Shown here: one piece after another, positions 26,801 to 43,110 of the stretch
Layout: every line of letters starts with the position of its first letter
How positions within the stretch are numbered: the stretch's first letter is position 1
NCBI RefSeq assembly: GCF_009914755.1
Contig: NC_060946.1
Source of the DNA: the human T2T-CHM13v2.0 reference genome, Homo sapiens
Strand: one strand, 5' to 3'
Length of the DNA: 64,000 bases
The notes under the pieces: generated by a model
What the model was told of the DNA's origin: nothing
The model's input: the letters and a program-made list of their open reading frames with translations, nothing else
Databases searched by the model: none
Translations under genes and position numbers: made by a program

Positions 26801-29800
26801 TCCACTCCTTTCCCTTCCATCCCATTCCATTGCACTCCTTTCCTCTCCAATCCACTCTACTCCACTCCATTCCATTCCATTGCACTCCATTAGATTGCAT
26901 TCCTTTCGTTGGACAGGATCTCAGTCTGTCACCCAGGCAGGAGTGCAGTGGCACAATCTCAGCCCATTTTTCATTTCACCATTCCATTCCTTTCCATTCC
27001 ACTGCACTCCACTCCAATCCACTGAATTCCACTCCACTCCACTCCAACCTATTCCATTCCGTGCAATTCCAATCCCTTCCATTCCACTCCTTTCTTTTGA
27101 CAAGATCTCCCTCTCTCACACAGGGTGTAGTGCAGTGGGACAATCTCAGCACACATTTCTTTTCACCATTCCGTTCCACTCCATTTCATTCCTTTCCATT
27201 CCGTTTCATTCCATTCCATTCATTTCCATTGCATTCCATCCCACTCCATTCCATTCCATTCCACTCCATTCAATTCCATTCCACTCCATTCCATCCCATT
27301 CCACTCCACTCCATTCCATTCCACTCCAATCCATTCCACTCCACTCCTCTCCACTCCACTCCTCTCCACTCCACTCCATTCCTTTCCATTCCATTCCATT
27401 CCATTCCATTCCATTCCATTCCATTCCATTCCATTCCATTCCATACCATTCCTTTCCTTTCTTTCCAAAGTATTTCACTCTGTCACAGAGGCTAGAGTGA
27501 AGTGGCACAATCTCAGCTCACATTTCTTTTCACCATTCAATTACATTCCACTCCATCCCATTCCAGTCGACTCCATTGCACTAAACTCCATTCCACTCCA
27601 CTCAAATCCATTCCATTCCATTCCATAACATTTCACTCCATTGCATTCCATAGCTTCCTTTCCACTGTATATCACTGTGTCACCCAGGCTTGAGTGCAGT
27701 GGCACTATCTCAGCTCATATTACATGTCAACTTTCCATTGCATTGCATTCTATTCCATTGCATTCAATTGCATTCCATTCCTTTCCATTACATCCTTTCC
27801 ATTCCATTCCTTTCCCTTCCATTCCACTCCGTTCGACTCCACTCCACTCCTCTACATTCCATTACATCCGATTCCATTCCACTACATTCCACTCCTCTCC
27901 ATTCAACTGCACTCCACTCCACTCCATTCCACTCCATCCCAATCCATTCCGCTCCATTCCACTGCACTTCCTTCCACCCCTCTCCACTCCACTTCATTCC
28001 ATTCCATTCCATCCCATTCTATTCCCCTCCATTCCACTCCACTCCACTTCTCTCCGGTCCACTCCTCTCCAGTTCACTCCATTCCACTCCACTCCACTCC
28101 ACTCCAATCACTCCACTCCACTGCATTCCATTCCATTCTTTTCTTTCAAGAGTATCTCACTCTGTCACCCAGCCTGGAGTGTAGTGGCACAATCTCAGCA
28201 CACATTTCATTTCACCATTCCTTTCCATTCTATTCCATTCCATTCGATTCAACTCCACTCCACTCCAATGCATTCCACTCCTCTACATTCCCGTCCATTC
28301 CATTCCACTCCTTTCCATTCCACTCCTTTCCATTCCACTCCTTTCCACTCCACTCCCCTCCAATCCACTCCATTCCATTCCACTCCATTCTATTCCTTTG
28401 TTTTGACGGGGTCTCACTCTGTCACCCAGGCTGGTGTGCAGTGGCACAATCTCAGCTCATATTTCATTTCACCATTTCACTCCAGTCCATTCCATTCCAC
28501 TGCACTCCACTCCACTCCACTCCACTCAATTCCATTCCACTCCACTCCAATCCATTCCATTCCAATCCCTAACATTCCACTCCTTTCTTTTGACAGGATC
28601 TCCCTGTGTCACACAGGCTGCAGCACAGTGGCACAATCTCAGCACACATTTCTTTTCACCATTTCCTTCCATTCCATTCCATTCTATTCCTTTCCATTCC
28701 AATCCCTTCCACTGCACTCCACTCCACTGCTCTCCATTCCCCTCCACTCCACTCCATTCCACGCCATGCCACTCCATTCCCCTCCACTCCACTCCATTCC
28801 ATTCCACTCTACCCCACTCCACTCCTCTCCATTCCACTCCAATCCATCCCACTCCATCCCACTCCATTCCACTCCATGCCACTCCATTCCACTCCATTCC
28901 GTTCCACTCTATTCCACTCCACTCCACTCAATGCCACTCCCCTCCACTCCACTCCATTCCACTCCACTCCTCTCCACTCCACTCCACTCCCCTCCACTGC
29001 ATTACATTCTACTCCACTCCACTCCCCTCCACTGCATTACATTCCACTCCATTCCATTCCATTCCTTTCTTTCCACAGGATTTCACTCTGTCACAGAAGC
29101 TGGAGTGCAGTATCACAATCTCAGCTCACATTTCTTTTCACCATTCCATAGTATTCCATTCCATCCCATTCCATTCCACTCTATTTCATTCCACTACACT
29201 CCACTCCACTCCATTCCGTTCCACTCCACTCTGTTCCATTCCACTCCACCCCATTCCATTGGACTCCACTCCATTCCACCCCATTCCACTCCACTGCACT
29301 CCACTCCACCCCACTCCATTCCATTCCACTCCATTCCATTCCATTGCACTCCATTCCATTCCATTGCACTCCATTCCATTCCATTCCACTCCTTTCCATT
29401 CCATTCTACTCCACTCCATTCCGCTCTACTCCATTCAACTCTACTCCTCTCCACTCCACTGCATTCCATTCCATTCCACTCCATTCCATGCCATTCCATT
29501 CCACTCCACTCCTTTCCATTCCATTCCACTCCACTCCATTCCACTCCACTCCTTTCCATTCCATTCCACTCCACTCCATTCCACTCCACTCCATTCCACT
29601 CTACTCCCCTCCACTCCACTCCATTCCATTCCATTCCACTCCATTCCATACCATTCCATTCCACTCCATTCCAGTCCACTCCATTCCACTCTACTCCATT
29701 CCACTGCACTCCACTCCATTCCATTCCATTCTACTCCATTCCATTCCATTCCTTTATTTCTACTGGATCTCACTCTATCAACCAGACTGGAGTTCAGTGG

Positions 29801-30480
29801 CACAATCTTAGATCACATTTCATTTCACCATTCCATTCCATTCCATTCAATTCCATTCCATACCACTCCGTTCCACTCCACTCCACTCCACTTAATTCCA
29901 TTACATCCGATTCCTTTCCACTCCATTCCACTCCTCTCCTCTCCACTGCACTCCACTCCATTCCACTCCATCCCATTCCAATCTGCTCCATTCCACTGCA
30001 ATCCCCTCCACCCCACTCATCTCTATTTCATTCCATTCCATTCCATCCCATTCCAGTCCACTCCACTTCACCCCACTCCATTTCACTGCAGTCCACTCCA
30101 TTCCATTCCACTGCATTAAGTTCTATTCCTTTCTTTTGAAAGAATCTCACTCTGCCACCCAGCCTGGAGCGCAGTGACACAATCTCGGGTCACATTTCAT
30201 TTCACGATTCCATTCCATTCCATTCCATTCTATTCCACTCCACTCCACTCTTCTCCACTCCACTCCAATCCATTCCACTCCACTCCACTCCATTCCAGTC
30301 CACTCCACTACACTCCATTCCATCCCTCGCCATTCCACTCATTTCCACTCCACTCCACTCCATTCCATTCCATTCCATTCCACTCCATTCCATTCCATTC
30401 CTTTCTTTTGACAGAATCTCACTCTGTCACCCAGGCTGGTGTGCAGTGGCACAGTCTCATCTCACATTTCACTTCAGCAT
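17821..30480. repeat. 12.6-kb higher-order repeat, copy 2 (12660 bp)
   Basis: Runs from the CTTCAGCAT ending at 17820 to the CTTCAGCAT ending at 30480. Confidence 0.96.
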
Positions 30481-33400
30481 TCCATTCCATTCCATTCCAT
30501 TCCATTTCATTCCATTGAATTACGTTCCATTCGATTCCATTGCACTCGAGTCCATTCCATTTGAGTGCATACCGTTCCAGTCCATTATATTGGAGTCCAT
30601 TCCATTCCATTCCATTGGCTTTCATTCAACTCAATTTCATTCCATTCGAGTCTTTACATTCCATTCCATTCCATTCCATTCCATTCCATTCCATTCCATT
30701 CCATTCAAAACAGTTCCATTCGGATCTGTTCAATTCGATGCCATTCCTTTTGATTCCGTTCCATTAGATTCCATTCCATTTGATTCCATTCCATTCGAGT
30801 CCATTCCATTCCATTCCATAGGATTCCACTCAATTCCTGTCCTTTCCATTCGAATCCTTTCCAATCCATTCCATTCCATTCAATTCCAATCCATTTTGTT
30901 CGATTCCATTCCGTGCCATTCCATTACATTCGATTCGATTCCATTCCATTCCATTCCATTCCATTTCATTGCAATCCATTCCATTCCATTCCATTCCATT
31001 CCATCCATTCCATTCTGTTCTTGTCCATTCCATTCCATTCCATGCTATTCCATTCCATTCGAATGCATTCCATTCCATTCCATTTCGTTGCATTCTATTC
31101 AATAGCATTCCTTTCGATTCCATTCCATTCAATTCCATTCCATTCCATTCTCTTCGAGTCCATTCCATTCCATTCCATTCCATGCTATTCCATTCCATTC
31201 CATTCCATTCCATTGCATTCCATTCCATTCCAATCCATTCCATTCCATTCAAGTTCTTGCCATTCCTGTCCATTCCATTTGAGTCCATTCCAATCCACTA
31301 CAATCCATTTGATTCCATTCCATTGAATTGCATTGCATTCGAGACTGTTCCATTCTAGTCCATTCCTTTTGATTCCATTCCATTCCATTCCATTCCTTTC
31401 GAATCCATTCCTTTCGAGTCCTTTCCATTCCAGTCCATTCCTTTCGAGTCCATTCCATTGCAGTCCTTTCCCTTCCATTCCATTCCATTCCTTTCCACTC
31501 CATTCGCTTCCATTCCATTCGATTCCATTCCATTCGACTGCATTTCATTTTAATCCATTCCATTGGAGACCATTCCATTTGAGTCCATTCCATTTAAGAC
31601 CATTCAAGTCCATTCCATTTGAATGCATTCCATTCGAGTCCATTCCATTCGAGTCCAGTCTGTTCCTGTTCATTGCATTCAATTACTTTCCATTCCATTC
31701 CATTGCATTCCATTCTATTCCATTCCATTCCATTCTTTTCCATTCCATTCCCTTCCACTCGAGACCATTCCATTCCAGTCCATTCCATTCGTGTCCATTC
31801 CATTCCTGTCCATTCCATTCGATTCCATCCCATTCGACTCCATTCCATTCGATTCCATTCTATTCAAGTGCATTGTATTCGCGGCCATTCCAAAGTAGTC
31901 CATTACATTCGAGTCCGATAGATTCCATTCTATTTGATTGCATTCCATTCGATTCCTTTCCAATCGATTGCATTCCATTCGAGTCCATTCCAATGGATTT
32001 CATTCCATTCAAGTCCATTCCATACGAGTCCATTGCATTCCAGTCCATTGCATTCGATTCCATTCCATTCCAGTCCATTACATTCGATTCCATTCCATTC
32101 CATTCTACTCCATTCCTTTCCATTCCTTTCCTTTCCATTCCATTTGAGTCCATTCCCTTCGAGTCCGTGCCATTTCATTCTATTATATTCGATTCCATTC
32201 CATTCCATTCCATTCCGTTCGAGTCCATTCCGTTCGAGTCCATTCCATTCAAGTCTATTATATTTGAGTCCATTCCTTCCATTCCATTCTACGTGATTCC
32301 ATTCCATTCCAGTCCACTAAATTCGAATTAATTCCGTTCCATTGCACTTCATTCCATCTGATTCTATTCCATTCGATTCCATTCCGTTTGATTCCAATCC
32401 TTGCCATTCCATGCCATTCGATTCCATTCCATTCCATTCCTTTCCATTCCATTCCATTCCATTCTATTCGAGACCGTTCCATTCAAGTCCTTTCAATTTG
32501 TTCCATTCCACTTTATTCCATTCCTTTTGATTCCATTCTATTCTATTATATTCCATTCGAGTCCATTCCATTTGACTCTATTCCATTCGATTCCAATCCA
32601 TGCGAGTCTATTTCATTGGAGACAGTTCCATTCCAGTCCATCCATTTCGAGTCCATTCCTTTCCAGTTCAGTCCATTCCATTCCATTCTTTTCCCTTCCA
32701 TTTGAGGCCATTCCCGTCCTTTCCATTCATTGTGATTCCATTCCGTTGAATTCCATTCCATTTGATTCTATTCCATTTGACTCCATTCCATTTGAGTCTA
32801 TTCCATTCCAGTCCATTAATGCGAGTACATTCCATTCCATTCCAGTCCATTCCATCGAGTCCATATCATTCCATTCCATTCCATTCCATTCCGTTCCATT
32901 CCATTCGATTCCATTCCATTCGATTGCATTCCATTTTATTCCATTCCTTTTGAATCCATTCCATTCCAGTCCATTCCAATCGAGTCCATTCCATTCGATT
33001 CTATTGCATTCCAGTCCATTCCTTTTGATTCCATTCAATTTGATTCCATTCCATTCGAGTCCCTTCCTTTCGAGTCCATTCGATTACAGTCCATTCCATT
33101 CCACTCCATTCCTTTCCATTGCATTCCATTCCATCCGATTGTATTCCATTCGAGTCAATTCCATTCAAGTCTATTCCCTTCTAGTCATTTACATTCGAGT
33201 ACATTCCAATCCTATCCATTCCATTTTGTTCCATTCCATTCGAGTCCATTCCATTCTAGTCCATTCCAATACAATCCATTACAATCGAGTCCATCCCATT
33301 ATTTACGATTCCATTACATTACATTGCATTTGAATCCATTCCATTTGACTCCATTCTTTCGAGTCCATTCCATTGCAGTTCATTCCATTAGATTCCATCC

Positions 33401-36400
33401 CATTCGAGTCCATCCTACTCGATTGTATTCCATTTGAGACCATTTCATTTAATTCCATTCCATTCGAGTCCATTCCATTCAAATCCTTTTCATTCAAGTC
33501 CATTTCATTCAAGTACATTGCATTCCAGTCCTTTATATTCGAGTATATTCCATTCCATTCGATTCCATTCCATTCCATTCCATTCTATTCTATTTGATTC
33601 TATTCCATTTGACTCCATTCCATGTGAGTCCATTTGATTCCAGTCCTTTCCATTACAGTCCTTTACATTTGAGTCCATTCCATTCCATTCCACTCCGTTT
33701 GATTCCATTCCATTTGATTGCATTTCATTCCCTTCGAATCCATTCCATTCGATTCCATTCCATTCGATTGCATTCCTTTCAAGTCCATTCCATTGGAGTC
33801 CATTCCATTAGAGTCCATTCCATTTCAGTCCATTCCATTTGATTCGATTCCAATCCATTCCATTCTCTTCCATTCCATTCCATGTGAAACCGTTCCCTTC
33901 CAGTCCATTTCATTCAATTCCTTTCCATTAGATTCCATTCCATTCGATTGCATTCCATTCGAGTCCATTCCTTTCGAGTACATTCCATTCGAATCCATTC
34001 CATTGGAGTCCATAACATTCCATTCCATTACATTAGAGTCCTTTCCATTCCATTCCATTCTATTCTGTTCCATTGCATTCCATTGTATTTGATTCCATTC
34101 CATTCGGGTCCATTCCATTCGAGCCCATTCCATTCCATTCCATTCGAGTATATTCCACCCCATTCCATTCCAGTCCAGTCCATTCCATTCGGTCCCATTC
34201 TAATTTATTCCATTAAATTCGATTTGATTCCATTCCATTCCATTCCATTCCAGTCCTTTCTATTGCATTTCATTCCATTCCATTCCATTCTGTACGATTC
34301 CATTCCATTTCATTCCATTCCATTCAATTCATTTACATTCTACTCGATTCCATTCCATTCAATTTGATTCCATTGCATTCCACTCCATTCCATTCCATTG
34401 CGTTCCTTTCCATTCCTTTTAATTGCATTCAATTCAATTCCATTCCATTCCAGTCCATTCCATTCCATTCCATTCCATTGCAATCAATTCCATTCCATTC
34501 AACTCCAATCCTTTGGGGTCCATTCCATTCCATTCCATTCCATTGCATTCAATTCCATTTCATTCGACTCCAGTCCTTTGGAGTCCATTCCATTCCATTC
34601 CATTCCACTCCACTTCACTAAACTCCATTCCATCCACTCCACTTCCTTCCATTCCACTCCTTTGCAATCCATTAACTCCATTCCATTCTATTCCATTCCA
34701 TTCCGTTCCATTCCATTGCATTACATTCCACTCCACTCCATTACACTCCATTCCGTTCAATTCCACTCTTTCCCCTTCCATTACATTTGACTCCATTAAA
34801 CTCCACTCCCCTCCTCTATATTCAATTCCATTCCACCCCATTCCATTCCAGTCTATTACACTCCACTCCACTTCACCGCAATCCGTTCGATTCCATTTGG
34901 TGCCGTTCGACTCCTTTCAATTTGATTCCATTCCATTTGATTCCATTCCATTCGATTCCATTCCATTTAATTTGATTCCACTCCATTTGATTCCATTCCA
35001 TTCGATCCGTTTTCATTTGATTTCATTCCATTCGATTCTGTTACATTCCATTCCATTCCATTGGATTCCATTTCGTTCCATTCCATTCCATTCCTTTCCA
35101 GTCCATTCCAATCGATTCCATTCAATTGAATTCATTTCCACTAGATTCCATTCCGTTCAAGTCCATTTCATTCGAGTCCATTCAATTCCAGTCCATTCCA
35201 TTCGAGTTCATTCCATTTGATTCCATTCCTTTCCATTATATTACATTACATTACATTCTATTATATTTGATTCCAATCCATTCGAGTCGATTCCATTCCA
35301 GTCTATTCCATTCGATTCCATTCTATTCAATTCCATTCCGTTTGATTCCATTCCATTCCATTCCATTCTATTGCATTCCATTCGAGTTCATTCCATTCCA
35401 ATCCGTTCCATTCGAGTCCACTCAATTCCGGTCCATTACGTTTGGGTCCATTCCATTTCATTCCATTCTATTCCATTCCATTCCATTCCATTCTGTCCGA
35501 TTCCATTCCATTAGATTACAATCCATTAGATTCTTTGCCATTTATCTCCATTCCACTCAATTACATTCCATTCGATTCCATTCCATTCCATTCCACACCA
35601 TTCCATTCCATTCGATTGCATTCCTTTCTATTCCATTCCATTCGATTCTATTGCCATCGATTCCATTCCTTTCGATTCCTTTCCTTTTTAGTCCATTCTA
35701 TTCGAGTCCATTCCATTCGAGTCCATTCTATTCCAGTGCATTCCATTCGAGTCCATTCCATTCCATTTCATTCCATTAGATTCCATTCCATTCAAGACTT
35801 CCACTCGATTTCATTCCTTTTGATTCCATTCCATTTCATTCCATTCCATTGCATTCCATTCGATTGCATTCCATTCGATTCCATTCCATTAAACTAGATT
35901 TCATTCCATTCTATTCCATTCTATTCAATTCCTTTCCTTTCGAGTCCTTTCCATTCGAGTCCATTCTAATTAATTCCATTTCCTTCCTGTCCATTCCATT
36001 CGATTCCTTTCCATTCGATTCCATTCCATTTGATTCCATCCCGATCGATTCCATTCTGTTCGATTACATTCAATTCGAGTCCATCCAATTGAATCCATTC
36101 CATTTCAGTCCATTCTATTAGAATCCATTCTATTCGTGTCCATTCCATTCCATTCCATTTTATTCCATTCGAGTCCCTTCCATTCAATTCCATTCCCTTT
36201 GAATCTGTTCCATTTCAGTCCATTCCATTCGAGTCCATTCCATTCCAGTACATTTCATTCGAGTCCATTCCATTCGATTCCATTCTATTCCTTTCCATTC
36301 CATTCGATTCCATTCCATTCGATTAGATTCCATTTGGGACCGTTCTATTACACTCCATTCCATTAGAGTCCATTCCATTCCAGTCTATTCCATTGCATTC

Positions 36401-39400
36401 CACTCCATTCAATTCTATTCCATTCAATTCCAATTCATTCCAATCCATTCAATTCCAGTCCATTCCATTCCTTTCCTTTGCATTCCATTCTGTTCAAATC
36501 CATTCCACTTCATTCCATTCCATTCCATTCCATTCCAATTCATTCCAGTCCATTCCATTCCAGTCCATTCCATTCCTTTCCTTTCCATTCTATTCCGTTC
36601 AAATCCATTCCATTCCATTCCATTCCATTCCACTCCATTCCATGCCATTCCAGTCCATTCCTTTTGAGTCCATTCTGTTCAAATCTATTCCATTCCGTTC
36701 CATTCCGTTCCATTCCATGCCATTAGATTCTATTCCATTCCATTGTGTTACATTCCATTCCATTCCATTCCATTTGAATCCATTCCATTATATTCCATTC
36801 CGTTCCCTTCCCTTCCATTCGATTCCATTCCATTTGATTTGATTCGATTCCTTTCCATTCTAATCCATTCCATTCCATTAAATTCTATTCCATTCCATTC
36901 TATTCCATTTCATTCGATTCCATTTCATTCGATTCCATTTCATTCAATTCCATTCCATTCGATTCCATTCCATCCAGGCCATTTCATTCGAGTCCGTTCC
37001 ATTCCATTAAATTCTATTCCATTCTATTCCACTCCATTCCATTCCATTCTTTTCCATTCCATTCCTTTCCTTTCAGGACCATTCCATTCCTGTCCATTCC
37101 ATTCGAATCCATTCCATTCCATTTGATTCCATTCTGTTCGATTCCTTTCCATTCGATTGCATTCCATTCCAGTCCATTCCATTCGAGTCCATTCCATTTC
37201 TATTCCTTTCATTTCCATTCTTTTCCATTCGAGTCCATTCCATTCCACTCGATTCTATTCCATTTGATTCCATTGCATTCCAGACCGTTCCATTCCGTTC
37301 CATTCAATTCGAGTCCATTCCATTCGATTACATTTCATTAGATTCCATTTCATTCGATTCCATTCCATTCGAGTCCATTCCATTCCATTCCAGTCTATTC
37401 CATTCGAATCCATTCTGTTCTATTCCATTCCATTCCATACCACTCCGTTCTACTTTATTCCACTCCACTACACTAAATTCCATTATATCCAACTCCATTC
37501 CATGCCATTCCACTCCTCTCCTCTGCACTGCACTCCACAGCCCTCCATTCCACTCCATCCCATTCCATTCTGCTCCATTCCACTGCAATCTTCTCCACCC
37601 CACTCATCTCCACTTCATTCCATTCCATTCCATTCCATTCCATTCCATTCCATTCCATTCCATCTCATTGCATTCGTCTCCATTCAAGTCAACTCTACTT
37701 CACCCCACTCCTCTCCACTTCAGTCCACTCCATTCGATTCCATTCCATTCCACTGCATTCTGTTCTATTCCTTTCTTTCGAAAGTATCTCACTCTGTCAC
37801 CCAGCCTGCAGCGCAGTGACACAATCTCAGCTCACATTTCATTTCATCATTCAATTGCATTCCATTCCACTCTATTCCACTCTACTCCACTCCACTCCAA
37901 TCCATTCCACTCCACTCGACTCCAGTCCATTCCACTCCACTCCTTTCCATGCCATCCCATTTCATTCCAGTCCTTTCCACTCCACACCAATCCTCCCCAC
38001 TCCATTCCATTCCACTCCTTTCCTTTCCATTCCTTTCTTTTGACAGGATCTCACTCTGTCACCAAGGCTTGTGTGCAGTGGCACAATCTCATCTCATATT
38101 TTACTTCACCATTTCATTCCATTCCATTCTATTACACTGCACTCCACTCTACTCCACTGAATTCTACTCCACTCCACTCCAATCGATTCGATTCCATTCC
38201 ATTCCAATCCCTTCCATTCCACTCCTTTCTTTTGACAGGATCTCCCTCTGTCACACAGGCTGTAGCAAGTGGCACAATCTCAGCACACATTCCTTTTCAC
38301 CATTTCATTCCATTCCATTTCATTCCATTCCATTCCATTACAATTCATTCCATTCCACTGCATTCCATTTCACTCTACTCCAGTCCACTCCACTCCATTT
38401 CATTCCGCCGCATTCCATTCCACTCTTTTCCACTCCATTCCGCTCCATTCCATTTCATTCCACTCCATTCCATTCCACTCCACTCCACTCCATTCCACTC
38501 CACTCCATTCAATTTCATTCCATTCCACTCCATTCCATTCCCTTCCACTCCATTCCATTCCCTTCCCTTCCATTCCATTCCATTGCATTCCACTCCACTC
38601 CACTCCTTTCCTCTCCCTTCCATTACACTCCACTCAATTCCATACCATTCCATTCCTTACCATTCCATTCCTTACCATTCCATTCCACTCCACTCCATTC
38701 CATTCCATTGCAGTCCACTCCACTCCGCTCCACTCCACTCCACTTCACTGCACTCCTTTTCACTCCATTCCATTTCACTCCATTGCATTCCATTCCTTTC
38801 TTTCGACACTATATCACTGTCACTCAGGCTGGAGAGCAGTGGCACAGTCTCTGCTCACATTACATGACAACTTTCCATTTCATTGCATTCTATTCCATTG
38901 CATTCCATTGCATTCCATTCAATTCCATTCTATTCCATTCCATTCCTTTCCACTCCACTCCACTCCACAACATTCCATCCCATTCCACTCCACTCCACTA
39001 CATTACCTCACATCCAATTCCATTCCACTCCATTCCACTCCTCTCCACTCCCCTTCTCTCTAAACCACTCCATTCCACTCCATCCCATTCCATTCCACTG
39101 CATTCCACTGGACTCCCCTCCACCCCACTCCACTCCACTTTATTCCATTCCATTCCATTCCATCCCATTCCATTCCTCTCCATTCCACTCCACTCCACTC
39201 CGCTCAACTTCACTCCACTCTAGTCCACTCCATTCCAATCCATTCCATTCCACTGCATTCCATTCCATTCCTTTCTTTCGAGAGTATTTCACTCTGTCAC
39301 CCAGCCTGGAGAGCAGTGGCACAATCTCAGCTGACATTTCATTTCACCATTCCATTCAATTCCGTTCCATTCAGTTCCATTCTGCTCTACTCCACTCCAC

Positions 39401-42400
39401 TCCATTGCAATCCATTCCACTTCACTGCACTCCATTCCATTCCACTCCACTCCTTTCCCTTCCATCCCATTCCATTGCACTCCTTTCCTCTCCAATCCAC
39501 TCTACTCCACTCCATTCCATTCCATTGCACTCCATTAGATTGCATTCCTTTCGTTGGACAGGATCTCAGTCTGTCACCCAGGCAGGAGTGCAGTGGCACA
39601 ATCTCAGCCCATTTTTCATTTCACCATTCCATTCCTTTCCATTCCACTGCACTCCACTCCAATCCACTGAATTCCACTCCACTCCACTCCAACCTATTCC
39701 ATTCCGTGCAATTCCAATCCCTTCCATTCCACTCCTTTCTTTTGACAAGATCTCCCTCTCTCACACAGGGTGTAGTGCAGTGGGACAATCTCAGCACACA
39801 TTTCTTTTCACCATTCCGTTCCACTCCATTTCATTCCTTTCCATTCCGTTTCATTCCATTCCATTCATTTCCATTGCATTCCATCCCACTCCATTCCATT
39901 CCATTCCACTCCATTCAATTCCATTCCACTCCATTCCATCCCATTCCACTCCACTCCATTCCATTCCACTCCAATCCATTCCACTCCACTCCTCTCCACT
40001 CCACTCCTCTCCACTCCACTCCATTCCTTTCCATTCCATTCCATTCCATTCCATTCCATTCCATACCATTCCTTTCCTTTCTTTCCAAAGTATTTCACTC
40101 TGTCACAGAGGCTAGAGTGAAGTGGCACAATCTCAGCTCACATTTCTTTTCACCATTCAATTACATTCCACTCCATCCCATTCCAGTCGACTCCATTGCA
40201 CTAAACTCCATTCCACTCCACTCAAATCCATTCCATTCCATTCCATAACATTTCACTCCATTGCATTCCATAGCTTCCTTTCCACTGTATATCACTGTGT
40301 CACCCAGGCTTGAGTGCAGTGGCACTATCTCAGCTCATATTACATGTCAACTTTCCATTGCATTGCATTCTATTCCATTGCATTCAATTGCATTCCATTC
40401 CTTTCCATTACATCCTTTCCATTCCATTCCTTTCCCTTCCATTCCACTCCGTTCGACTCCACTCCACTCCTCTACATTCCATTACATCCGATTCCATTCC
40501 ACTACATTCCACTCCTCTCCATTCAACTGCACTCCACTCCACTCCATTCCACTCCATCCCAATCCATTCCGCTCCATTCCACTGCACTTCCTTCCACCCC
40601 TCTCCACTCCACTTCATTCCATTCCATTCCATCCCATTCCATTCCCCTCCATTCCACTCCACTCCACTTCTCTCCGGTCCACTCCTCTCCAGTTCACTCC
40701 ATTCCACTCCACTCCACTCCACTCCAATCACTCCACTCCACTGCATTCCATTCCATTCTTTTCTTTCAAGAGTATCTCACTCTGTCACCCAGCCTGGAGT
40801 GTAGTGGCACAATCTCAGCACACATTTCATTTCACCATTCCTTTCCATTCTATTCCATTCCATTCGATTCAACTCCACTCCACTCCAATGCATTCCACTC
40901 CTCTACATTCCCGTCCATTCCATTCCACTCCTTTCCATTCCACTCCTTTCCATTCCACTCCTTTCCACTCCACTCCCCTCCAATCCACTCCATTCCATTC
41001 CACTCCATTCTATTCCTTTGTTTTGACGGGGTCTCACTCTGTCACCCAGGCTGGTGTGCAGTGGCACAATCTCAGCTCATATTTCATTTCACCATTTCAC
41101 TCCAGTCCATTCCATTCCACTGCACTCCACTCCACTCCACTCCACTCCACTCAATTCCATTCCACTCCACTCCAATCCATTCCATTCCATTCCATTCCAA
41201 TCCCTAACATTCCACTCCTTTCTTTTGACAGGATCTCCCTGTGTCACACAGGCTGCAGCACAGTGGCACAATCTCAGCACACATTTCTTTTCACCATTTC
41301 CTTCCATTCCATTCCATTCTATTCCTTTCCATTCCAATCCCTTCCACTGCACTCCACTCCACTGCTCTCCATTCCCCTCCACTCCACTCCATTCCACGCC
41401 ATGCCACTCCATTCCACTCCACTCCACTCCATTCCATTCCACTCTACCCCACTCCACTCCTCTCCATTCCACTCCAATCCATCCCACTCCATCCCACTCC
41501 ATTCCACTCCATGCCACTCCATTCCACTCCATTCCGTTCCACTCTATTCCACTCCACTCCACTCAATGCCACTCCCCTCCACTCCACTCCATTCCACTCC
41601 ACTCCTCTCCACTCCACTCCACTCCCCTCCACTGCATTACATTCTACTCCACTCCACTCCCCTCCACTGCATTACATTCCACTCCATTCCATTCCATTCC
41701 TTTCTTTCCACAGGATTTCACTCTGTCACAGAAGCTGGAGTGCAGTATCACAATCTCAGCTCACATTTCTTTTCACCATTCCATAGTATTCCATTCCATC
41801 CCATTCCATTCCACTCTATTTCATTCCACTACACTCCACTCCACTCCATTCCGTTCCACTCCACTCTGTTCCATTCCACTCCACCCCATTCCATTGGACT
41901 CCACTCCATTCCACCCCATTCCACTCCACTGCACTCCACTCCACCCCACTCCATTCCATTCCACTCCATTCCATTCCATTGCACTCCATTCCATTCCATT
42001 GCACTCCATTCCATTCCATTCCACTCCTTTCCATTCCATTCTACTCCACTCCATTCCGCTCTACTCCATTCAACTCTACTCCTCTCCACTCCACTGCATT
42101 CCATTCCATTCCACTCCATTCCATGCCATTCCATTCCACTCCACTCCTTTCCATTCCATTCCACTCCACTCCATTCCACTCCACTCCTTTCCATTCCATT
42201 CCACTCCACTCCATTCCACTCCACTCCATTCCACTCTACTCCCCTCCACTCCACTCCATTCCATTCCATTCCACTCCATTCCATACCATTCCATTCCACT
42301 CCATTCCAGTCCACTCCATTCCACTCTACTCCATTCCACTGCACTCCACTCCATTCCATTCCATTCTACTCCATTCCATTCCATTCCTTTATTTCTACTG

Positions 42401-43110
42401 GATCTCACTCTATCAACCAGACTGGAGTTCAGTGGCACAATCTTAGATCACATTTCATTTCACCATTCCATTCCATTCCATTCAATTCCATTCCATACCA
42501 CTCCGTTCCACTCCACTCCACTCCACTTAATTCCATTACATCCGATTCCTTTCCACTCCATTCCACTCCTCTCCTCTCCACTGCACTCCACTCCATTCCA
42601 CTCCATCCCATTCCAATCTGCTCCATTCCACTGCAATCCCCTCCACCCCACTCATCTCTATTTCATTCCATTCCATTCCATCCCATTCCAGTCCACTCCA
42701 CTTCACCCCACTCCATTTCACTGCAGTCCACTCCATTCCATTCCACTGCATTAAGTTCTATTCCTTTCTTTTGAAAGAATCTCACTCTGCCACCCAGCCT
42801 GGAGCGCAGTGACACAATCTCGGGTCACATTTCATTTCACGATTCCATTCCATTCCATTCCATTCTATTCCACTCCACTCCACTCTTCTCCACTCCACTC
42901 CAATCCATTCCACTCCACTCCACTCCATTCCAGTCCACTCCACTACACTCCATTCCATCCCTCGCCATTCCACTCATTTCCACTCCACTCCACTCCATTC
43001 CATTCCATTCCACTCCATTCCATTCCATTCCTTTCTTTTGACAGAATCTCACTCTGTCACCCAGGCTGGTGTGCAGTGGCACAGTCTCATCTCACATTTC
43101 ACTTCAGCAT
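30481..43110. repeat. 12.6-kb higher-order repeat, copy 3 (12630 bp)
   Basis: Same landmarks as copies 1-2; ends at CTTCAGCAT 43110. Confidence 0.96.
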